DNA of 64,000 nt from an uncultured bacterium (GTDB lineage Bacteria; Krumholzibacteriota; Krumholzibacteriia; Krumholzibacteriales; Krumholzibacteriaceae). How positions within the stretch are numbered: the first letter of the stretch is position 1; each line of letters begins with the position of its first letter. Both the position numbers and the translations under genes were made by a program. The stretch covers positions 416,001 through 480,000 of the forward strand of contig CAWBAN010000001.1 in NCBI GenBank assembly GCA_963786935.1. Direction: 5' to 3'. The notes under the pieces were generated by a model. It made no database searches and had not been told where the DNA came from. It worked only from the letters and a program-made list of their open reading frames with translations. This document shows, one piece after another, positions 17,801 to 27,600 of this stretch.

Positions 17801-20784
17801 ATGGTGAACAATACGAGATCCACGAAGGCGGCGGCGGGATTCACGCTCGTCGAAATGATGGTCAGCGTGCTCGTGCTCGGTGTCGTTCTGATCGCGATGG
17901 CGGGTATCTTCACGCTCTTCCAGAAGAGCTCCGCCGAGACGAACGATTACGCCGGCGCGCAGCAGAACGCCCGCATCGCCGTCGATTTCATCACGAATCA
18001 CCTCCGGCAGGCGGGATCGCAGACCGATTACTTCCGCGGCCAGCAGCCCATCGTGCACGCGGGGCCGTACCAGGTGGCCATCAACGCCGACATCGACAAC
18101 CAGCAGACGATCGACGGATTGACCCCCCTCACGGCGCTCCGACGCGCGCTCTCCCCGAACCGGGTGCCGCCGTCGGGAACGACGCTCTACGCGCCTTCGG
18201 CGGATTACCAGTCGAACGCCGAGACGATCGTGCTGACCCTCGATTCGAATTCGGACGGCGTCATATCGGCGTCCGACCGGGGGGACGATCCCGAGGAGAC
18301 CGACCGCAACACGAATCTCTTCATGCTGAAGAAGGTCGTTTACGGACACTCGAACGGATCGAACGAGGTGCGCGAGACGGACCTCGCGCTCCTCCGCGGA
18401 CCCAATCTCGCCGCGACGTGGACGACGCCTCCGCCGCTCTTCCAGTACTGGTACGATCATGACAACAATCCGTCGACGGCGGACCGGCTCTGGGGGGACA
18501 CGAACGCGAACGGCGTTCTCGACACGGGCGAGATCATCTCGATAACGCCGGTGCCGCAGAACCTCCTGAGCACGATCAGAAAGATCAAGACGACGGCGAC
18601 GGCCGAATCGCAGAAATACAGCGTCAAATACGAAACGAACGGCGGATACCTGTCCGTGGCGATGACCTCGGAGGTCTTCGTGCGGAACTCGTCGCGCTCG
18701 ACCTCCACGATCTACGGCAAGGTCTATCACGACGTCGACAGCGACGGGGCGCCCGATCCGGGGGAAACGGGGATCCCGCGGGTCGAGATCCGCCTCACCG
18801 GCCAGAGCCGCTCCGTCCTCACGGACAACTTCGGAATGTTCTACTTTCCGCTTCCGGCCGGCAGCTACTCGCTGACCGAGGTTGATCCCCGGGCTACGCC
18901 TCGACGACGTCGAACATCGTGTCCGTCACGCTCACGTCCGGCCAGATGTCGATCATCAACTTCGGGGACCGCTCGACGACCCCGACGGGCAAGATCAGGG
19001 GGTACGTCTTCGAGGACCTCGATAAGAACGGCCTCAAGGGCGTCGGCGAGAACGGGCTGCGTGCGGTTCTGGTCTCGCTCGACAACGGGAGCCAGGTCCT
19101 GTCCGACACGACCGGCTTCTACTCCTTCGTCGTTCAGCGCGGCACCTACACGGTCGTCGAGACCGATCCGACGGGCTTCAGCTCCACGACGTCGAACTCG
19201 ATGACCGCCACGGTCGCCGCGGGCACGGATACGGTGACGGTGAATTTCGGCGATTTCGGCGCTCCCCTCTCGGGAACGCTGCAGGGATACGTCTACATCG
19301 ACGAGAACGAGGACGGCTACCGCGGAGGCGCCGAGGAGGGCGTTCCGAACGTCCTTCTCAAGGTCTCCAATGGCGATACCGCGGTCACGAACTCGAAAGG
19401 ATACTTCAAGTTCAACCTGCCGCCCGGCACGTACGACCTCACGGAAAAGGATCCCGACGGATACACCTCGACGACGGTGAACACGTACGCGGGCATCGTT
19501 ATCGTGGCCGACACGATGGTGACCCGCAACTTCGGCGATATCCTCGAGGTCAGACAGGACTTCGTCGAGATCCACATCTCGCACACGGACCGGGCGCTTT
19601 CGGTCGCCGCGGCCAACCTGGACGAGGACTCCAAGAACGACGTCGACATCGTTCTCGGTACGGCGCTCGTGACGGGCATCGGCAACATGCTCGTGTTCCA
19701 CAACAACTGGCAGACCTCCGCGACCCCCATCACCGAGCTCTTCCAGTCCGATCCGACGTATCGGCGCGACGCGGGGCAGAACGTCAACACCCTCGCCAAG
19801 CTCGATTTCAACGGGGACGGAACGATAGACGTTCTGAGCGGGCTCGATTACAGCACGGGGCAAAACCTCCAGGTCTGGTTCACCGGGACCGGCGGCGTTC
19901 TGAGCACGAGCCCCGACGCGGCGTACATGACGAGCGGCGCGAGCGTCGTCATGGATTCGAAGCTCGCCGACTTCGACAACGACGGCATCAAGGATCTCGT
20001 CGTCGCCCTGCGATCGTCCTTCGGAACCTATACCGGAGGATTCGAGACCTTCATCGGCGGCGGGGGCGGATCGTTCACCTCGCGGGAGTACATCACGATG
20101 GCGGGTCCGTCGGGCTCGATCAACCTGGGAGAGGTGTGGGCCGTCGATACCGGGGACATCGACGGAGACGGCGACGAGGACATCGTCATCGGCTCCCACA
20201 CGAACACGTACCTCGGGTGCATCGATATCTATCGCAACGACGGCACGGCGTCGGGCAACTTCACGTGGTACCAGCGCTACCTCTCCCGCTACGCCGTCAA
20301 CGATCTCAAGGTCATCGATATGATGGAGGACGACCAGGGCGATCCCGACATCATCGCCGCGACCTCGGCGGCCGTCAACAACGGATTGATATTCCTCTGG
20401 CTCAACACCGCCGGCACATTCGGCGTGCCCGATACGACCGGCTACGCGTTCCAGCCCGAGGAGACGCCGAACTGGCCCGACGATTGGGTGAACGCGCAGG
20501 GCGAGGCGCTGAGCCTCGGGGTGCTGCACGTGAACAACGACCTGTTCCCCGACATCGCGTACGGGACGAGGAACTCGGTCCTCTACACGGGGGACATCTA
20601 CATCCTGCCCGCGTACGGCACGCTTCCCGTGCTCGGACAGAAGATCAACCAGTCCGCTTCGGGCGAAATCATCACGATGGACGTCGCGGACTTCAACTGG
20701 GACAACAGGCCCGACATCGTCGTCGGGACGCGCACCTCGGCGACGCAGGGACGGCTCGTCGCCTATTTCGGCAAGGAGCGCTGA
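17801..20784 (+). CDS. Large PilW-like pilin with SdrD-B-like domains and FG-GAP repeats; frameshift in C4 at 18887-18890
   Basis: AAG|FTLVEMM, AQQNARIAVDFITNHLRQAG; one extra C restores EVDPPGYASTT, matching the later repeats ETDPTGFSSTT and EKDPDGYTSTT (994 aa). Confidence 0.8.
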
Positions 20785-20819
20785 ACCGGACCGTCCGCAA
20801 TCGGAAGGATTGGTACGCC

Positions 20820-22082
20820 ATGCGTGGAACGTTCAGACGGCATCTCGGCGGCGAAGACGGCAACGTGCTCGTCGTCACGCTCCTGATCCTGTTCGCGATC
20901 ACGGTGATCGGAGCGACCATGGCCATGGTCTCTTCCATGGATCTCAAGATCGCGGGCAACGGGCGCTCCTCGGCGCGGGCGCTCCCCGTCGCGGAAGCGG
21001 GGCTGAACGAGGCGATCCACCGGCTCTCGCTCCCGAATCCGACGACGATGACGGTCGCGGGATGGACGGGGAATGTGGCCCTCGGCGACGCCGAGCCGTA
21101 CAATCCCCTGTGGGAAGCGCGCATCTACCTCACGAGGCCCGGCTCGGCCCCGGCGGGAAACGCGAACCTCGTCACGACGGGGACGATTCAGAATCCCGCC
21201 GATCCGTACCTCCGGTACAGCGCGTCGTCCGGCACGGACGGCGTGCTCTCGATCCGGCACAAATGGCGCGACACAGACGGGGACAACACGCGGGACGCGA
21301 ACGAGATCGTCCGGTACGATCCGCTCCAGATCCCGCCCGAGAACCTGAACTCGGGATTCCCGGTCGAAGTGATCACGGTGACCGGCCGGGCGAGCGAAGG
21401 GATACGCATGATCCAGTCCGAGGTCACGAAGCGGACGATGCTCTGCCGCACCCTCGCCGCGCTCTACTGCGACAAGGCGGTCCGGCTCACCGGTAACTGC
21501 GCGTTCTGCGGATACAATCACGACATCAACACGCCCCCGGGCACCAAGCCCAACGCGTGCATCCCGTATCACCTCTCGAGCGCGCATCTGCCCGGCGTGA
21601 CGACGACGGGCGACAACGTGCAGGTGCAGGGAAGCGCCGGCGTGGCGGGAAATCCGCAACCCATCGATAAATCCGTCACGAATCCCTGGTATACCCTCGC
21701 CGAGGTTCTGGGACTCACGCAGGCCGAGGTCAACTCGCTGCTCGCCCAGGCCGATCACACCTCCATAACGAATCCGCTCAAGGGCGTCACGTACATAACC
21801 GGGGACGCGAAGATCAACAGCGCCCTGACCGGTGAGGGGCTCCTCTACGTGACGGGCGATCTTTCCGGGAGCGGCGGCTTCCAGTACAAGGGGCTCATCT
21901 ATGTCGAGGGGGACATCAAGCTGACCGGCACGCCGTGGATTCTCGGCAGCGTGATCTGCAAAGGCACCTCCGATTTCAACTTCAGCGCCGGCAACGCCGG
22001 CGTCCTGTACAGCAAGGACGCCCTGACGACGTACCTGAGCCAGGCGCTCCCCTGCATCGTGCTCTCGTGGCGCGAGATGTAG
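20820..22082 (+). CDS. PilX-like type IV minor pilin
   Basis: EDG|NVLVVTLL (no E5), MDLKIAGN, AEAGLNEA, C-terminal SWREM. Confidence 0.8.
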   Translation: MRGTFRRHLGGEDGNVLVVTLLILFAITVIGATMAMVSSMDLKIAGNGRSSARALPVAEAGLNEAIHRLSLPNPTTMTVAGWTGNVALGDAEPYNPLWEARIYLTRPGSAPAGNANLVTTGTIQNPADPYLRYSASSGTDGVLSIRHKWRDTDGDNTRDANEIVRYDPLQIPPENLNSGFPVEVITVTGRASEGIRMIQSEVTKRTMLCRTLAALYCDKAVRLTGNCAFCGYNHDINTPPGTKPNACIPYHLSSAHLPGVTTTGDNVQVQGSAGVAGNPQPIDKSVTNPWYTLAEVLGLTQAEVNSLLAQADHTSITNPLKGVTYITGDAKINSALTGEGLLYVTGDLSGSGGFQYKGLIYVEGDIKLTGTPWILGSVICKGTSDFNFSAGNAGVLYSKDALTTYLSQALPCIVLSWREM

Positions 22083-22103
22083 GGCTCGAATCGCGACTTC
22101 GAC

Positions 22104-22129
22104 GCCGGGGCGCCCCGCGGCGCCCCGGC
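22104..22129. terminator. GC-rich hairpin after pilin operon (no U-tail)
   Basis: GCCGGGGCGCC-ccgc-GGCGCCCCGGC. Confidence 0.5.
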
Positions 22130-22240
22130 ATCCCCGCAATCCCTTATCGTATTGACAAGTGACCGAGCGCATGATTATATGTTGTGGTGCCCCCACCGGG
22201 TAACGCGAGTATCTTCGGGCGGTTATCAAGGAAAGGCGAT

Positions 22241-22951
22241 ATGAGGAAACTCATTGTTCTTTTGGCGGTTATGCTTGTTCTGGGCGCCGGCTGCAAGCCG
22301 CCGCACCCGTCGATCGTGAAGAGCGATCCGTCGTTCGACCCGAACGTCGTGAGCGGAGTTCTCATCGCGCCGGCGATAAGCACGATCGCCGAGATGGAGG
22401 ACCCGAGACTGTTGGCAGAGCCGACGACGAACAGGATGCTCGCCGAGCAGCTCGGCGAGCGGACCGATTACAAATTCATATCGGCCGAGCAGTTCAAGGG
22501 GGCCGTCATGCGGGGCAAGCTCCAGGACCGGTACGCCGCCTTCAGGGATCTGTGGGGAGACAAGCGCGAGCTCGACGCGGATTTCCTGCGGCAGCTTCAG
22601 AAGGAGCTGAACGTCGAGACGGTTCTCATTCCCCACGTGTACCTGTGGCACAAGGACGAGGCGGATTATCGAGAGCGTGCCACGGCGTCCGCGACGCAGG
22701 TCGGCATAACGCTCACGCTCGTCGAGATGGCGACGGGAAAGATCCTCTGGGAGGGAACCGACGAGAACTACAAGGAATCGGTGCGCAGCGAGGATCGGGA
22801 GGTCATCACGACCGGCGGCATGGACCGGCGGGTGGAGGGAGTCAGCGCGACGGGAGACGACCAGTACGCCGCTCCCCCGTACGATGACGTCGTGATTCTC
22901 GTGCTCCAGTCGCTCGTGGGAGCGCTTCCGGAACGCACCGCGACCCGTTGA
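22241..22951 (+). CDS. Hypothetical lipoprotein
   Basis: MRKLIVLLAVMLVLGAGC lipobox; LVEMATGKILWEG strand pattern. Confidence 0.7.
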   Translation: MRKLIVLLAVMLVLGAGCKPPHPSIVKSDPSFDPNVVSGVLIAPAISTIAEMEDPRLLAEPTTNRMLAEQLGERTDYKFISAEQFKGAVMRGKLQDRYAAFRDLWGDKRELDADFLRQLQKELNVETVLIPHVYLWHKDEADYRERATASATQVGITLTLVEMATGKILWEGTDENYKESVRSEDREVITTGGMDRRVEGVSATGDDQYAAPPYDDVVILVLQSLVGALPERTATR

Positions 22952-23403
22952 TGGACGACGAGCGGTGGATGGGGGAGGCGCTCGCGGAAGCCGCGAAGGC
23001 CTTCCGGATGAAAGAGGTTCCCATCGGGGCCGTCGTCGTGAAGGACGGCGCCGTCATCGCCCGGGGATGCAATCGGGTCGAGGCGAAGGGGCGGGCCACG
23101 GCGCACGCCGAGATCATCGCCGTCGACGCGGCGTCCCGGGCTCTCGGCGACTGGCGCCTCGACGGATGCACCGTTTACGTCACCGTCGAACCGTGCCACA
23201 TGTGCATGGGGGCGTTCTATCTCTCCCGGGTGGCGCGCGTCGTGTTCGGGGCGAAGCAGCCGCGGAGCGGCGCCTGCGGGTCTGTCGACGATTTTCACGA
23301 GGCGGAGCTCTTCAGCCACCGCATCGAGGTCATCGGGGGGGTGCGGGAGGAAGAGAGCCTCGCGCTTCTGCGCGAGTTTTTCGAGAAGGTGCGTTCGGAG
23401 TAG
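22948..23403 (+). CDS. tadA: tRNA adenosine(34) deaminase
   Basis: EVPIGAVVV, AHAEI, TVEPCHMC. Confidence 0.9.
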   Translation: MMDDERWMGEALAEAAKAFRMKEVPIGAVVVKDGAVIARGCNRVEAKGRATAHAEIIAVDAASRALGDWRLDGCTVYVTVEPCHMCMGAFYLSRVARVVFGAKQPRSGACGSVDDFHEAELFSHRIEVIGGVREEESLALLREFFEKVRSE

Positions 23404-23411
23404 CGATAAAC

Positions 23412-23503
23412 GGAGAGATGCGAGAGCTGGCTTAATCGGCACGATTGGAAATCGTGTGTGGGAGAAATACCCACCGAGGGTTCGAATCCCTCTCTCTCCG
23501 CCA
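23412..23503 (+). tRNA. tRNA-Ser(GGA)
   Basis: CACGA-TTGGAAA-TCGTG anticodon arm, long variable arm, CCA. Confidence 0.95.
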
Positions 23504-23553
23504 GTATAAACCGGGGCCGCCGCCGGGCGGCCGGCCGGATGCGGACAATGCGC

Positions 23554-23643
23554 GGAGAGATGCCAGAGTGGTTGAATGGGACGGTCTCGAAAACCGTTGA
23601 GCTGGTTTCAGCTCCGAGGGTTCGAATCCCTCTCTCTCCGCCA
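23554..23643 (+). tRNA. tRNA-Ser(CGA)
   Basis: ACGGT-CTCGAAA-ACCGT anticodon arm, long variable arm, CCA. Confidence 0.95.
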
Positions 23644-23694
23644 TGAAATGCCTTGCCGTCGGCGATGAAAAACGGTAATAGTTAGTGTCAGGGT

Positions 23695-23770
23695 GGGGAT
23701 GTAGCTCAGCTGGGAGAGCACCTCGTTCGCAACGAGGGGGTCGTCGGTTCGAACCCGATCATCTCCACCA
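23695..23770 (+). tRNA. tRNA-Ala(CGC)
   Basis: 76 nt, G3:U70 pair, CCTCG-TTCGCAA-CGAGG, CCA. Confidence 0.95.
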
Positions 23771-23783
23771 AATTATTTTTTCG

Positions 23784-24058
23784 GGGATCGTGCTAGACGG
23801 GGAGGTAGCGGTGCCCTGTACCCGCAAACCGCTATAGCGGGGTCGAATTCCTGTCCGAGGGAGCGTGGTTCTCGAGCGATCGACGACGGAACGTGGCGTT
23901 GATGGTCAGGTCCCGCGCAATGGGAACCTGCCAACCCCGTCAGGACCGGAAGGTAGCAGCGGTACGCAGCCATTCCCATGTGCCGCGGATTTCCCTGGCA
24001 GGAGCTAACCCCGTTGTAAGAGCCGAGGGCGCCTTACAGAGCCGGGTGCACGATCTCC
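23784..24058 (+). ncRNA. ffs: SRP RNA, large bacterial type with Alu domain
   Basis: GTGCTAGACGGGGAGGTAGCGGTGCCCTGTACCCGCAA Alu motif; GTCAGGACCGGAAGGTAGCAGC helix 8; terminal GATCGTGC/GCACGATC pairing; upstream of dnaX. Confidence 0.92.
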
Positions 24059-24087
24059 TACGAAACCGCAACTGAAGGCGCTCGATC

Positions 24088-26034
24088 ATGTCCTATCTCG
24101 TTCTCGCCCGGAAATGGAGACCGCAGGTATTCTCCGAGGTCGTCGGCCAGGAGCACATCACCGAAACGCTCAAGAACGCCTTCGAGAAGGGGCGCGTCGC
24201 GCACGCCTACCTCTTCTCGGGCCCGCGGGGATGCGGGAAGACGACGACCGCGCGCATCCTGGCCAAGATCGTCAACTGCGAGAAGCCCCGGGGGAGCGAG
24301 CCGTGCAACGAGTGCGCCTCGTGCGAAGCGGTCGCGGCGGGGCGGCACCTCGACGTCATCGAGATCGACGGCGCCTCGAACCGCGGCATCGACGAGATCC
24401 GCGACCTCCGCGAAAAGATCAGCTACGCCCCGTCTCAGGGGCGCTCGAAGGTCTACATCATCGACGAAGTGCACATGCTGACGCCGCAGGCGTTCAACGC
24501 GCTCCTCAAGACCCTCGAGGAGCCGCCGGCGCACGTGTATCTCGTGTTCGCGACGACCGAGCCGCACAAGGTTCCGACGACCATTCTCTCCCGCTGCCAG
24601 CGGTTCAATTTCAAGCGGCTCGAGCTGAAGGAGATCGCCTCGCAGCTCGAGAAGATCTGCACCCGCGAGAAGGTGAAGTTCGAAGGGGAGGCGCTCACGC
24701 TCATCGCGCGGCGCGCCGAGGGGAGCATGCGCGACGGGCAGAGCCTCCTCGACCAGTGTCTCGCCGCGAGCGAGGGGGTGGTGGATCTCGCGCTCGCCAG
24801 ACGCGTGCTCGGCCTCGTCGATTCGCAGCTCGTCATCGATCTCCTCAGGGCGATCGGCGGGCGCGACCGCAGGGCGGCGCTCGCGATCGTCGACCGCGCC
24901 GTCGACTCGGGGCTCGATCTCGAGGAGCTCTATCTCGCCTACGTCGAAGGGCTCCGCAACCTCCTCGTCCTCAGCGTCGAGGAGAAGGGAGCCGCGGAGT
25001 TCCTGGATCTCTCGCAGGGGGAGATGGCCGAGCTCGTCGCCATCGGGAAGACCTTCAGGACCGAGGACCTGCTCTACCTGTTCCGCGGCGCGGCGCGGAT
25101 CTATCGCGACCTCAAGACCTCGGGCCAGCCGCGCTATGTCCTCGAGGCCGCGCTCATGGAGGCGGCTTCGTGGGAGTCCGCCGTCGAGGTCTCGGAGCTC
25201 CTCAAGCGCCTCGATTCGACGGGGGGCGCTCCGGGCCCCGGGGGAATCATTCGCCGGGCGTCTTCGCCGGCGGCCCCTGAGACGGGCGCGCCGCCGGCTC
25301 GCGCGGAGGGCTCTCGCACCGAAGCGGCCCGTTTCGCGGCGGCCCGGCCCGAAGCGGCGCGGACCGACGCGCCGATCGCGCCCCGTCCCGACGCGGCTTT
25401 GCCCGCGAGCGCCCGCGTGGACGCGGCGGCGCCGGAAGTCGCCGCGACGGCGATCGCCCCGCCTCCCGCGGGCGCATTCGCCCGCGTCGACACCTCCGCG
25501 GCGAGCGTCCCGCGAACGGCCGAGGAGGACCGGATCCTTCGCGAGCTCGGCGGGAAAGAGGCGTGGGAGCGGTTCCTCGCGCAGATCCGCGAAACGAAGC
25601 TCACGCTCGGCATCTGGCTCGGCTCCGCGCGCGCCGACCGGTTCTCGGGGAACGTGCTCGGTCTGTCGTTCAGCCCGCAGAACCGCTTCGCGCGGGAGAT
25701 GGTGCTCGAGGAGAAGAACAGGCGCTTCATCGAATACCATCTCGAACGGTTTTTCGGAAAGAAGATCATCATCGAGGCGCTCGAGCACTTCGAGGCCGGC
25801 GACGGCCGAACGCCCGGCGCGGAGGGGCGCGAGGCCCCGGGCGCCGAGGGCGGAAGCGCCGCCGGGCCGAAAGCCGCCGGCCCCCGCGCGCCGGCCGCCG
25901 CGAAGCAGGCGGCGCAGCAAAAGCCCCCGGGGCGCGCCCACGATCCCGCGCTCGAAACGATCGCGAACGGCTCGGCCGCGATCCGGCGCCTCATCGACGA
26001 ATTCGACGGAGAGCTCTTCAAGGAATCGAAGTAG
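24088..26034 (+). CDS. dnaX: DNA polymerase III gamma/tau
   Basis: LARKWRPQ, GPRGCGKTT, EIDGASNRG, IIDEVHML, SRCQRF. Confidence 0.95.
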   Translation: MSYLVLARKWRPQVFSEVVGQEHITETLKNAFEKGRVAHAYLFSGPRGCGKTTTARILAKIVNCEKPRGSEPCNECASCEAVAAGRHLDVIEIDGASNRGIDEIRDLREKISYAPSQGRSKVYIIDEVHMLTPQAFNALLKTLEEPPAHVYLVFATTEPHKVPTTILSRCQRFNFKRLELKEIASQLEKICTREKVKFEGEALTLIARRAEGSMRDGQSLLDQCLAASEGVVDLALARRVLGLVDSQLVIDLLRAIGGRDRRAALAIVDRAVDSGLDLEELYLAYVEGLRNLLVLSVEEKGAAEFLDLSQGEMAELVAIGKTFRTEDLLYLFRGAARIYRDLKTSGQPRYVLEAALMEAASWESAVEVSELLKRLDSTGGAPGPGGIIRRASSPAAPETGAPPARAEGSRTEAARFAAARPEAARTDAPIAPRPDAALPASARVDAAAPEVAATAIAPPPAGAFARVDTSAASVPRTAEEDRILRELGGKEAWERFLAQIRETKLTLGIWLGSARADRFSGNVLGLSFSPQNRFAREMVLEEKNRRFIEYHLERFFGKKIIIEALEHFEAGDGRTPGAEGREAPGAEGGSAAGPKAAGPRAPAAAKQAAQQKPPGRAHDPALETIANGSAAIRRLIDEFDGELFKESK

Positions 26035-26052
26035 AACCGGAGGCATCGGGGA

Positions 26053-26364
26053 ATGAAGGACATGGGAAAGCTCATCAAACAGGCGCAGCAGATGCAGGAG
26101 CGGCTGGCCGAAATGCAGGCACGCCTTGCCGAGAAAACGGTCGAAGCCACCGCCGGCGGCGGCGTGGTGAAAGCGGTCATGAACGGCAAGCACGAGGTCG
26201 TTTCGATCAAAATCGATCCGGAAGTCGTGAATCCGGCCGACGTCGAGATGCTCGAGGACCTCATCATCGCGGCTCTCAGCGAGGCCCGCACCCGCGTGGA
26301 CGATATGGTACGCAACGAGATGAGCGCGCTCACCGGGGGGCTCCCCATTCCCGGGCTTTTCTGA
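26053..26364 (+). CDS. ybaB: YbaB/EbfC nucleoid-associated protein
   Basis: KQAQQMQ, AGGGVVK, DVEMLEDLI; between dnaX and recR. Confidence 0.92.
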   Translation: MKDMGKLIKQAQQMQERLAEMQARLAEKTVEATAGGGVVKAVMNGKHEVVSIKIDPEVVNPADVEMLEDLIIAALSEARTRVDDMVRNEMSALTGGLPIPGLF

Positions 26365-26461
26365 CCCTCCGGGCGCGGACGAGCCCTTTTTCCCCGAAAA
26401 GGCAACTTTTTTGCCCCCTTTCGCTTTAAGGCAAGGTTTTTGCTAAAAAGGAGATACGGGA

Positions 26462-27061
26462 ATGATTTACGGCCTACCGCTCCTCCAGGCGCTCGTGGAC
26501 CATTTCAGGAAACTGCCGGGAGTGGGCGAAAAAACGGCGCGGAGACTGGCATTTTCGGTGCTGGACATGGATGCCGGGGAGGTCAGGCAGTTTGCCGAAG
26601 CGCTCTTGCAGGCCAAGCAGAGGATTGGAAAATGCACGAGGTGCGGAAACCTCGCGGAGACGGAGCTCTGCCCGATCTGCTCGGACGAACGGCGCAACGG
26701 GACCATCCTATGCGTGGTTGAACGGCCGGCCGACCTTCTTGTTCTCGAGGGCTCCGGTCAGTTCCGGGGCCGCTATCACGTATTGCACGGGGTCCTTTCA
26801 CCCCTTGATGGCGTGGGACCGGGAGATCTGAATCTCGACGCGCTCGAGCGCCGGGTGCGGGAGGAAGGCATTCAGGAGGTCATCGTCGCGACGAACCCGA
26901 GCATCGAAGGGGACACGACGTCGCTCTATATCGCGAATATATTGAGAAAATACGGCGTCAAGGTGACGAGGCCGGCGAGAGGCCTTCCGATCGGGAGCGC
27001 CCTCGAGTACGTCGACCGCGGAACCATCACCAAGGCCCTGGAGGGCCGGGAGCAGATCTGA
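26462..27061 (+). CDS. recR: Recombination mediator RecR
   Basis: LPGVGEKTARRL, C4 zinc finger, YHVLHG, ATNPSIEGD. Confidence 0.95.
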   Translation: MIYGLPLLQALVDHFRKLPGVGEKTARRLAFSVLDMDAGEVRQFAEALLQAKQRIGKCTRCGNLAETELCPICSDERRNGTILCVVERPADLLVLEGSGQFRGRYHVLHGVLSPLDGVGPGDLNLDALERRVREEGIQEVIVATNPSIEGDTTSLYIANILRKYGVKVTRPARGLPIGSALEYVDRGTITKALEGREQI

Positions 27062-27090
27062 CCGGGGCCTGAAACAAAGCGAGAGCTCAC

Positions 27091-27588
27091 ATGGTCAGAA
27101 CGAACTGGAAGGTATTCGAAGAGGATTACTGGGCGATCAACACGATCCTCCAGGAGCTCCTCAAGAACTCGAACTCCTCGAGCGTGATCCTCCTCGACAA
27201 AACGGGGCAGCTCATCTCGAGCATCGGGGAGCCGCCGCAGTTCGACATGCACAGCTTCGCCTCGCTCTGCGCGGCCGATTTCGAGGCGAACGCGCAGCTC
27301 GCCGTCCTCATCGGGGAGAAGGATTTCTCGACCCTGTACCATCAGGGATCGAACGAGAGCATGTACCTGGCCCGCGTCGAAAACAACATCATCCTCGTGA
27401 TCCTCTTCGACAAGCGGACGACGCTCGGGCTCGTGCGGCTGCGCGCGAAGAAGGCGCTCGACAACCTCGAGACGGTGGTCCGGCGCCTCTACGGGAAGCT
27501 CGAGTACGAAAACGAGGAGAACTCGGAGTTCAACGAGGAGTTCGTGCAGCAGGCCGAGGTGGAAATAGACAGTCTCTTTACCGATTAG
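27091..27588 (+). CDS. mglB: Roadblock/LC7 protein MglB
   Basis: LLDKTGQLI, IGEKDFSTLYHQG, TTLGLVRLR; upstream of mglA. Confidence 0.9.
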   Translation: MVRTNWKVFEEDYWAINTILQELLKNSNSSSVILLDKTGQLISSIGEPPQFDMHSFASLCAADFEANAQLAVLIGEKDFSTLYHQGSNESMYLARVENNIILVILFDKRTTLGLVRLRAKKALDNLETVVRRLYGKLEYENEENSEFNEEFVQQAEVEIDSLFTD

Positions 27589-27600
27589 CGGAGGCTTCCG

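Noticed and set aside
18277..18285. RGD tripeptide in the PilW-like protein as an integrin ligand
   Set aside because: A single tripeptide is expected by chance in a 994-aa Gly/Asp-rich protein
22080..22100. GGCTCGAATC as a remnant tRNA att site closing an island
   Set aside because: Match to the tRNA 3' end is too short and there is no integrase
25220..25960. Ala/Pro-rich segments in dnaX as an insertion, intein or programmed frameshift
   Set aside because: Typical low-complexity tau linkers; no intein termini or slippery A-run seen
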